Shown: positions 1-7,398 of the stretch, one piece after another
Numbering within the stretch: position 1 is the first letter of the stretch
Layout of the letters: each line of letters begins with the position of its first letter
Source: Octopus sinensis
Taxonomy: Eukaryota
Length of the DNA: 7,601 bases
NCBI RefSeq assembly: GCF_006345805.1
Contig: NW_021828830.1
Coordinates: forward strand, 1 to 7,601
Direction: 5' to 3'
Notes under the pieces: generated by a model
What the model was told of the DNA's origin: nothing
The model's input: only the letters and a program-made list of their open reading frames with translations
Database searches by the model: none
Program-made: the position numbers and the translations under genes

Positions 1-221
1 AACTGGAATAACTCCAACGTAAACCTGCGGCTCAGTGGTTACCGATGATGTTGACTTGTTCTTCTTTCGGATTATGGCTGCTGTTGCTTAGTGAGTGGGA
101 TTGACTCAGTGCACAGACTTTCCTCACTTTAAAAAAAATCTTCTTGCACAGGCATTGCACGATAACAACATTGATTAAGCTTCGTGCAGTGGCCATACTC
201 GATAACGAGGGAGCAGCCACC

Positions 222-280
222 ATGTATGTATGTATGTATGTATGTATGTATGTATGTATGTATGTATGTATGTATGTATG
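222..280. repeat. (ATGT)n microsatellite
   Basis: Perfect tetranucleotide run of about 15 units; source of the HTYI/YVCM pseudo-ORFs. Confidence 0.98.
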
Positions 281-339
281 CATCGTCAGAGACACAGAAA
301 AAGAGAGAAATATGCATTTATTTAATATGCTACCAACAT

Positions 340-540
340 CCTTTCTACTGGAGGCGCAAGGCTTCAAATTCGGGCGTGGGGGGGGGATTAGTCGATTAGA
401 TCGACCCAACTGTTTTCACCGGTACTTAATTTATTGACACTGAAAGGATGTAAGGCAAAATTGATCTCGGTGAAATTTGAACTCAGAACGTTGCGGCAGG
501 CGAAATATGCCGCTAAGCATTTCTCTCGCCAATATGCTAC
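340..540 (-). mobile_element. Degenerate tRNA-derived SINE with a Meta-like central domain
   Basis: Minus strand has B-box-like GAGTTCAAATTTC, then TTTTGCCTTACATCCTTTCAGTGTCAATAAATTAAGTACC, resembling the GCCTTTCATCCTT..GTCGATAAA..AGTACC MetaSINE-type domain, then GGGTCGATCTAATCGACTAATCCCC. Family assigned by recognition; ends approximate. Confidence 0.7.
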
Positions 541-613
541 CCAACAACATCGTCACTGGTCGTTGTCATCTACACAACCCTATATAAAGGAATGTTGTAT
601 TTGGAAAGAAGAC

Positions 614-670
614 ACCCACCCACCCACCCACTCACACACAAATGCGCGCGCACACGCACGCGCACGTACA
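614..670. repeat. (CACC)n/(CA)n/(CG)n compound simple repeat
   Basis: Visible directly in the sequence. Confidence 0.85.
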
Positions 671-762
671 AAGTGATACAAGCGAGGCGCCTTTGTCACG
701 CCTGGCTTCAAAATGATGAACGGTTGACTGGCAGTAAACGCCGTTGTTGAGATGGCGAAATA

Positions 763-950
763 AGAGGAAGAGGAAGGGGAGGGGAGGAGGAGATGGTGGT
801 GGTGGTGGAAGAGGGGGGTTAATATAACAACAACAACAACAACAAACTTGACGGCGACGGTATAAACCATTTCTAGAATAACGACTGGAACAACAACAAC
901 AACAACGACAAAAATAATAATAACAACAACAACAATAACGTCAACAACAG
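763..950. repeat. Degenerate (GAG)/(GGT)/(AAC)/(AAT) trinucleotide low-complexity tract
   Basis: Runs of gaggag, ggtggt, aacaac and aataat; explains the poly-V/poly-H ORF 580..972. Confidence 0.9.
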
Positions 951-976
951 CTTCCCGAACAGACAAAAGCAAAAAA

Positions 977-1183
977 GGGGCCTTTACATGGTTTCATGAC
1001 TTTCTAGCTAGAAATAGTAACCAAATTCCCTCAAGCCCCGCCCTACCGTATTATGAAAATGAAGGACGCACAAACATACATATATAAGAGTATGCGTTTG
1101 TGTGTTTGGGTGCGTTGTATATGTATATGTATGCATGTATATATATACATATACATAGAATGCATATATATATATATACAAAC

Positions 1184-1230
<47 letters not shown>

Positions 1231-1500
1231 TGTATGTATGGTATAGATAACTAGACAGACATAAATATAGAGACACATACATACAAGATATATACACACA
1301 CACACATATAGGTGTGTATGCATGTATGTATGTATGTTATTTGATTGTTTTGGTCCAGCCTCAACCCTCAAGACTAGTGAACTCCATGCGACTATATTGT
1401 GTAATGCAGTTCAAATATACAACATGCGAGGTGGTCCTGGCTGGAACACCTTTGTTCCTAATTGTGTTCAATCCAGAGAAACCTCTGATTACAAACCCGC
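977..1500 (+). mobile_element. Old interspersed repeat (SINE-like 3' portion), copy 1, interrupted by microsatellites
   Basis: 977-1070 (gggcctttacatggt...gctagaaatagtaaccaaattccctcaa...cctaccgt...aggac) aligns with 1670-1760. 1390-1500 (ttgtgtaatg...ggtggtcctggctgga) loosely resembles 1762-1860. Confidence 0.55.
1075..1335. repeat. Compound (TA)n/(TATG)n/(CA)n microsatellite
   Basis: Visible directly in the sequence. Confidence 0.95.
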
Positions 1501-1510
1501 TAGACACAGC

Positions 1511-1633
1511 ATGCGCGCGCATACACATACACACACACACACACACTCACTCACACACACACACTCACACACACTCTCTCTCTCTCTCACACACACACAC
1601 GCGCGCGCGCACGCACACACACACACGCACACA
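1511..1633. repeat. Compound (CG)/(CA)/(CT) dinucleotide microsatellite
   Basis: Visible directly in the sequence. Confidence 0.95.
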
Positions 1634-1634
1634 A

Positions 1635-1890
1635 ATATCCAACGGTCTAAAACAGTAAAAACCGGTAACGAGGAAGCCTCTAAATAGTCACTCAACCAGC
1701 TAGAAATAGCAGCCAAATCTCCTTTGAAATCAAATCCTACCGTTTTAAGATAGAGGACACGTTGGATAATGTGATGCTGGGCTACCTGCAGGTGGTAAAG
1801 AAACAGGATGGCCCTCAGGTGGGGATAGACTTTTTATCATAAAGTCTATTCAGGTTTGACTCGGGCCTAAGTAACAACAACTACAACAAT
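1635..1890 (+). mobile_element. Old interspersed repeat (SINE-like 3' portion), copy 2, ending in an (AAC)n tail
   Basis: gcctctaaatagtcactcaaccagctagaaatagcagccaaatctcc...cctaccgt...gaggacac shares GCTAGAAATAG (1699-1709 vs 1007-1017) and flanking similarity with copy 1; ends in aacaacaac. Confidence 0.6.
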
Positions 1891-2459
1891 TACAACGGCG
1901 ATTAGAAAGAGGAATAACATCAGCAGCATTAAGCAATGCAGAAACAACAACAAACAAAACGCGAATATAAGCCAGCGAAAGCTAGAACAACTGCAAGCAG
2001 AATAACAGCCGTAACAGCTACAGCTACAACAACAACAACAGCGGTAAGCTGAACAATGAGGAGTAGTAGTATGAGAGAGGCGAGTAAGAAGACATCTAAT
2101 CTAGTTGTGTCAGATATTTCAAATGGCGCCAACCAGTTACATAATGGCGCCTGGCTGACGCTGCGAGGCTGAAAAACTGGCGTCCCGTCAGATATTTGGC
2201 ACATACAGACCAGACCAAGTTGATTCAAGCACCGAAACAAATTAGAATTGAATAAATAATAACTTTATATTCTTTCAGCACACATTTTTTCAATCGTAGT
2301 TTTTACTATTTTTTTCTCTCTCCTATATTCCGATATTTGTTCGTGTTTTCTTAAATACATTTTGAAAGACGGGGTTGTGTTCGCTTTAAATATGACATTT
2401 TCGTTTCTTCTTAAAATGCATTTTTCATTCTTTCACATATACCGTACATAAATACATAA

Positions 2460-2545
2460 TACGTACGTACGTATGTATGTATGTATGTATGTATGTATGT
2501 ATGTATGTATGTATGTATGTATGTATGTACGTACAAATACATACA
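2460..2545. repeat. (TACG)n-(TATG)n microsatellite
   Basis: Visible directly in the sequence. Confidence 0.95.
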
Positions 2546-2852
2546 CTTATATATATGTTTGTGTGTATAGGTATACTTAACCAGTGTTGTCCTTCCACGA
2601 CTTTCTTTCCTTTGTTTTATACATATATATATATATATAAAGTGTCGTAAGACACTTGTTGTTTTCACCGTTAATGCTTCTGTATTTCATGTTTCTGTAT
2701 TCCATTATTGTTTTTTGTTTTTTTTTTATATCTGTCCCTTTTGCTGTCCTGGTGTTCGTATGCATTCGATCCTTCTTCCAGGAAATCTACGCTTCCAGCT
2801 TAGTTTTTCTAATGCTCGTTGCTTAGTTTTTCTTGGAGGGCTGGCCGTGATC

Positions 2853-2921
2853 TAGTAATCTCAAGATTAATCAGCCGAAATTACTACGATGATCCGGTTC
2901 TTGACTGAAGACTGAGGGGTT
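2853..2921 (+). ncRNA. Putative permuted (non-nested) hammerhead ribozyme motif, copy 1
   Basis: TAGTAATC|TCAAGA (2853-2866), GAAATTACTA (2877-2886), TCTTGA-CTGAAGA (2899-2911). Helix III (7 bp) and helix I (6 bp) are in exact register with the AUC, GAAA and CUGANGA core; helix II is uncertain. Confidence 0.5.
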
Positions 2922-3072
2922 CGAATGTCCTGTCCATGTTTATTGTATCGTCTTCTAAGAGTTATACGTTCTTGTCCATGTTGTATTTTTCTACATACCT
3001 TAACATATATTCCAGGCGCCCCGTACCCCCCTTATCATTAATGTGAACACATATTCTTAATAATTGGTACGA

Positions 3073-3348
3073 CTCTCTGTTTGTCTCTCTCTCTCTCATT
3101 TTTACTTGATCTGTCCCCCTCTCTCTCTCTTTTCTCTCTATTCATCTTCTCTTTCCTCTGATCCTTTGGTCTAGTCTTCCACTATCCTCCTTTCTTTGTC
3201 TCGCTCTGCACTCACAGGTCATTCTTCGACACCCATCCCTTCTCCTCTCTGATTCCTTCTTTCTCTCTCTTCTCTCTCTTTGTTGCGTTTTGTCCCCTTC
3301 TCTCTCTCTCTTCTTTGCTTCTCTTTCTTTTCTTTTCCCTCTTCTCTG
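3073..3348. repeat. Polypyrimidine (CT/CTT)-rich low-complexity tract inside the element core
   Basis: Visible directly in the sequence. Confidence 0.9.
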
Positions 3349-3686
3349 TCACGTGACTGTTGGCCGAAATCTGCCTTTCAGCTCCTGACCCTCGTCGTGT
3401 TAACATCGTTGTTTTTCGTCCGCCGCTATAAAGGCTTTTTCCAATGCGCCAGAGAAAAAAATTGTTTGCTTGTTATCAGTCGTAAGACACTTGTTGTTTT
3501 CACCGTTAATGCTTCTGTATTTCATGTTTCTGCATTCCATTATTGTTTTTGTTTTTTTTTTATATCTGTCCCTTTTGCTGTCCTGGTGTTCGTATGCATT
3601 CGATCCTTCTTCCAGGAAATCTACGCTTCCAGCTTAGTTTTTCTAATGCTCGTTGCTTAGTTTTTCTTGGAGGGCTGGCCGTGATC

Positions 3687-3755
3687 TAGTAATCTCAAGA
3701 TTAATCAACCGAAATTACTACGATGATCCGGTTCTTGACTGAAGACTGAGGGGTT
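3687..3755 (+). ncRNA. Putative permuted hammerhead ribozyme motif, copy 2
   Basis: Same as copy 1, shifted by 834 nt: AUC ends at 3694, GAAA 3711-3714, CTGAAGA 3739-3745; AACC instead of AGCC before GAAA. Confidence 0.5.
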
Positions 3756-3835
3756 CGAATGTCCTGTCCATGTTTATTGTATCGTCTTCTAAGAGTTATA
3801 CGTTCTTGTCCATGTTGTATTTTTCTACATACCTT

Positions 3836-3844
3836 TATATATAT

Positions 3845-3875
<31 letters not shown>

Positions 3876-4002
3876 TGAATGTATGTATGTATGTATGCAT
3901 GTATGTATGATGTATATATAATGTATATATATTATATATATATGTATGTATATATATATACATATATATATAATATATATATATATATATGTATATATAT
4001 AT

Positions 4003-4070
<68 letters not shown>
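3836..4070. repeat. (TA)n/(TATG)n microsatellite
   Basis: About 235 bp, imperfect. Confidence 0.97.
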
Positions 4071-4072
4071 CG

Positions 4073-4188
4073 TTGTGTGGTAAGAAGCTTGCCCACCGCG
4101 TGATACCTTGGGCAGGTGTCTCCCATAGCCTCGGGTCGACAAAAGCCTTGTGAGTGGATTTAGTAGCGGAAACTGAAAGAAGCCCGCC
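4073..4188 (+). mobile_element. tRNA-derived CORE-like SINE 5' part, internally deleted copy
   Basis: tgtgtggtaagaagcttgc...accttgggcaggtgtc...tagcctcgggtcgacaaaagccttgtgagtggattt...ggaaactgaaagaagccc aligns with 4208-4366 but lacks ~30 bp including the B box. Confidence 0.8.
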
Positions 4189-4207
4189 CCCGTGTGTATA
4201 GATGTAT

Positions 4208-4365
4208 AGGTGCAAGAGCGGTGTGTGGTATGTAGCTTGCTTACCAGCCACATGGTTCCAGGTTCAGTTCAACTACGTGGCACCTTCGGCAAGTGTCTCC
4301 TACTATAGCCTGGGTCCGACCAAAGCCTTGTGAGATTTGGTGACGGAAACTGAAAAAAGCCGTCG

Positions 4366-4366
<1 letters not shown>
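4208..4366 (+). mobile_element. tRNA-derived CORE-like SINE 5' part
   Basis: A-box-like cggtgtgtggta, B-box-like ggttcagttc (4261-4270), CORE-like caccttcggcaagtgtct, ends in (TA)n. Octopus SINE affinity by recognition only. Confidence 0.8.
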
Positions 4367-4401
<35 letters not shown>

Positions 4402-4610
4402 AGCAATAATAATTCTCTAAATGAGATATAGACGGTAACTGCTCCATAACATAAGGGACTAAAGCCATCTGAATATGGCTAGGGACAGGGCAGGGTGGTG
4501 GGGGTGTTACTGTTGCATTTAGCCCCAGGCGAACATCAACGTCGCCAGATAGGCTTGACACCATCACAGTGTCCTTTATCCTGCAAAGGGAGATAATTCC
4601 CCGATGAAGC

Positions 4611-4650
4611 GATAGGCAATTACCTGAAACCTAGGTCGTGTGTTGGTTTC
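4611..4650 (+). ncRNA. 5'-truncated type I hammerhead ribozyme
   Basis: GA-T-AGG-caatta-CCT-GAAA-CCTAGG-TC|GTGTG. Palindromic helix III ACCTAGGT at 4629-4636, GUC at 4635-4637. The 5' strand of helix I and most of CUGAUGA are removed by the inversion. Confidence 0.7.
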
Positions 4651-4937
4651 CGCTTCATCGGGGAATTATCTCCTTTGCAGGATAAAGGACACCGTGATGG
4701 TGTCAAGCCTATCTGGCGACGTTGATGTTCGTCTGGGGCTAAATGCAACAGTAACACCCCCACCACCCTGCCTGTCCCTAGCCATATTCAGATGGCTTTA
4801 GTCCCTATGTTATGGAGGAGCAGTTACTGTCTATATCTCATTTAGAGAATTATTATTGCTGTCGAACAGATTTTCGAAATCAGCAAATTTATTTTGCTTG
4901 AAAATCTATATATAAATATCCTGCAGAGTGTTGTTCG

Positions 4938-5020
4938 TCGAGGAAGCGGGGGCCTACCACACGTTGATGATAGGCAATACACCTTGAAACCTAGTCCGTG
5001 TGTGGTTTCCGCTTCATCGG
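4938..5020 (+). ncRNA. Type I hammerhead ribozyme (variant core UUGAUGA)
   Basis: Helix I CACACG 4958-4963 / CGTGTG 4997-5002, extended by GAAGCGG 4943-4949 / CCGCTTC 5009-5015. Core TTGATGA 4964-4970; helix II AGG/CCT; GAAA 4986-4989; GUC 4994-4996. Confidence 0.8.
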
Positions 5021-5195
5021 GGAATTATCTCCCTTTGCAGGATAAAGGACACCGTGATGGTGTCAAGCCTATCTGGCGACGTTGATGTTCGCCTGTGGCT
5101 AAATGCAACAGTAACACCCCCACCACCCTGCCCTGTCCCTAGCCATATCCAGATGGCTTTAGTCCCTTATGTTATATATATATATATATATATAT

Positions 5196-5525
5196 AAAGA
5201 CCCCCTTCGGTCATGAATGACCATGGGATTGCACCTAGAAAGTTACCCTCCTAGACACAAGTCCGGGCAAGGTTGTTTATGGGAGGCCAGCAGTCGCCCA
5301 TGCATACCGGCCTCCCCTCTCCACGCCACCAGTGTTATCCAAGGGAATGACAAAGGTCGATACAGCTTGGCACCAGTGACGTCGCAACTCATTTCTACAG
5401 CTGAGTGAACTGGAGCAACGTGAAATAAAGTGCCTTGCTCAAGAACACAACACGCAGCCCGGTCCGGGATTCGAGCTCACAACCTCACGATCGTAAGCTC
5501 GACGCTCTAACCACTGAGCCATGCG
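5196..5525 (-). mobile_element. Near full-length tRNA-derived SINE (tRNA-Arg-like head, CORE-like domain; octopus OR-type by recognition)
   Basis: Minus strand: A box TGGCTCAGTGG (5521-5511), ACG in an anticodon-like position (5494-5492), B-box-like GCTCGAATCC (5476-5467), then TGTGTTCTTGAGCAAGGCACTTT; 3' end runs into (TA)n. Confidence 0.85.
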
Positions 5526-5534
5526 ATATATATA

Positions 5535-5706
5535 TGTAAATGTAATATGAGGCAATTATTCGGTACCCATGATAAAACTTCGAGTTTCGGATGCCGAGGT
5601 GGAAATCCACGAATAATTGTCTCATATTACATTTACAGATAAATTCCTCTATTTTACATAATATCGAGGTCTCTTTATTTCTTCTGTTATCTTACCATTT
5701 TTATAA
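5535..5706. mobile_element. Short repeat-like element with a 28-bp inverted repeat, between (TA)n tracts
   Basis: Arms 5535-5562 and 5610-5637 have one mismatch. Internal hairpins AAACT-tcg-AGTTT (5575-5587) and GTGGA-aa-TCCAC (5599-5610). Confidence 0.5.
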
Positions 5707-5725
5707 ATATATATATATATATATA

Positions 5726-5930
5726 GTTACTCCAAACATGAACAAAGAGAAAACACAACAATGTGAGGATGTGGAACAAGTATAGTGTTATTGAACGCTT
5801 AGGAAAGGAAAGAAAGAAGGGGGATTTGACGTTACGAGCGGAGCTCTTCGTCAGAAACATAGAAAAAGGAAAGGTCCAAGGAAGGGAAGACGGCGAAAGA
5901 AAATCGCCAACGATACACACGCGGTCATAC
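5726..5930 (-). mobile_element. Penelope-like pLTR fragment with a minimal hammerhead
   Basis: Homologous in inverted orientation to 7110-7317; contains an HHR core; 3' end joins (TA)n 5707-5725. Confidence 0.7.
5825..5857 (-). ncRNA. Minimal type I hammerhead, probably inactive (GUAA for GAAA)
   Basis: Minus strand: TTT-CTGACGA-A-GAGC-tcc-GCTC-GTAA-CG-TC|AAA. Confidence 0.7.
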
Positions 5931-7010
5931 ACACACACACACTTCCACACATACACACATACATACATACACACATACATACACACATACACGCACACAC
6001 ACATACACATACACATATACACACACACATACTTACATACACTCATACGGACATACATACATACAGACATACACACACACACTCACGCATACATACATAC
6101 ACACACACATACCTACATACACACTCGCATGCATACACATGCATACGCGCGCGCGCACGTACGCATACGTACATGCATGCACGCATGCCTGTGGTGTCTG
6201 GCTTTATTTCGGGCGTACGTCTGGGCGTGTGCGTTGTGCCTGGGGATTCGCATGCGCCCTTTACCCCCCAAGAGTCTTCTCCATCAGTCTTTCAGTTGCG
6301 AAGTGTGTCCTTGCATGCATATATATACACACATATAAACATATAAACATACATATAAACCCCTACATTTTGTACACACACGCACATACATACATACATT
6401 CACTCCCACGCACGTACACACACACATTTACATATATATACAATACACGCACACACACTTACACACGTACAAACACACACTAATTCACATACACACCGAC
6501 ACATATACATACACACAACATATACCTCCACGCGCACGCACACATACACATACGTATACACATATAAGCACAGACACACACATACATACGCACACCAAAA
6601 CATGCGCACACATACGCACGCACACGCGCAAAAAGAAACTCAACGCACATACATACAGACGCACACACACACAAATGAACCCACACACACATCCCATACG
6701 GCACACAACCATACATACACGCACACAATTATACATATACGCACGTACAAGCACACACGCACACATACACTTAGTTAAGCACAGTTACTCGCCATACACA
6801 CAAAAAAACGCACACGTACACTCACACATACTACAACAAAACACACACACGATACATATACACGCACACACACATACCTCCCTGTTTCTGACCTGCCTTC
6901 CTGACTTGGTAGGGTACCCCCACAGCACTCCTTTAATTCTACTACTGCCTGCCACTATACACACCATACACACACATACACACACACGCACACACTCACA
7001 CACACACACC
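5926..7010. repeat. ~1.1-kb degenerate (CA)/(CATA)/(CACG) field with small unique islands (6188-6315, 6876-6960)
   Basis: Visible directly; source of the HT/CV-rich pseudo-ORFs. Confidence 0.93.
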
Positions 7011-7109
7011 CTTGTCATCTCGCACACCTTTTTACCATTCCTTCTTTGATTCAGCTCTCCTGTTTTTAAAAACATGTTCCTCCTTTTTCACCACTTCCGT
7101 CTTTTCAGT

Positions 7110-7317
7110 ATGTGACCTTGTAAAGACTAGCTGCAATTTTTTTCCCTCTGTCCTCCCGCTTACGGGATACTTTCTTTCTCTCTAGCTTTCGACGAAGAGC
7201 TCCGATCGAAACGTCAACCCTCCTCTTTTCCCTCTTTCCTGAGCGTGTCCAATAATACTTTATTTTGTTCCACATCCTCGCGTTGTTGTCTTTTTGTTTT
7301 CTTGTTTGGATTAACTT
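7110..7317 (+). mobile_element. Penelope-like pLTR fragment with a minimal hammerhead (second, diverged copy; may extend upstream)
   Basis: Shares gacgaagagctccg, tttcct.agcgt, ttgttccacatcctc and tgtttgga.taact with the reverse complement of 5726-5930; ends in (TA)n. Confidence 0.7.
7187..7217 (+). ncRNA. Degenerate minimal type I hammerhead
   Basis: TT-TCGACGA-A-GAGC-tcc-GATC-GAAA-CG-TC|AA; GAAACGTC intact, CUGA mutated. Confidence 0.6.
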
Positions 7318-7398
7318 TATATATATATAATATAAGATATATAATATTATATAGATATATATAATATATATATATATATATTATATATATATATATAA
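7317..7398. repeat. Imperfect (TA)n microsatellite
   Basis: Visible directly in the sequence. Confidence 0.95.

Larger units (their letters stand above)
2644..3835 (+). mobile_element. Young non-autonomous element with two ~358-bp direct terminal repeats around a 477-bp non-coding core (Penelope-pLTR-like or retrozyme-like)
   Basis: Repeat 1 = 2644-3001, repeat 2 = 3479-3835. Only 2 substitutions and 1 T-run indel seen. (TA)n on both sides, no TG..CA ends, no credible ORF, hammerhead-like motif in each repeat. Confidence 0.8.
4402..5175 (+). mobile_element. Hammerhead-bearing non-coding retroelement (Penelope-like pLTR or non-LTR retrozyme): inverted 5' arm plus ~1.6 tandem units of 358 bp
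   Basis: Inverted arm 4402-4611 is the reverse complement of 4651-4860. Unit 1 = 4611-4968, unit 2 (partial) = 4969-5175. Both ends abut (TA)n. Confidence 0.8.

Noticed and set aside
28-41. A-box-like GGCTCAGTGGTTA
   Set aside because: No B box or tRNA-like structure downstream.
2798-2982. Short internal repeats GCTTAGTTTTTCT x2 and TGTCCATGTT x2 as a CRISPR-like array
   Set aside because: Only two copies each, too short, eukaryotic context and no cas genes.
3002-3030. Possible primer-binding site (ccaggcgcccc) after repeat 1
   Set aside because: Lacks the TGG start, is not adjacent to the repeat end, and the repeats lack TG..CA ends.
3280-3660. 126-aa hydrophobic ORF in the direct-repeat element
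   Set aside because: F/L/S/V richness follows from T-rich sequence, it starts at TTG, and the equivalent frame in repeat 1 is shifted by an indel.
5000-5030. Antisense hammerhead-like CCGATGA-AGCG-GAAAC on the minus strand
   Set aside because: No helix II, no NUH site and no helix I partner; it is the complement of the sense helix I extension.
5445-5525. Possible tRNA-Arg gene
   Set aside because: No proper acceptor or anticodon stem, and it continues into a SINE body; it is a SINE head.
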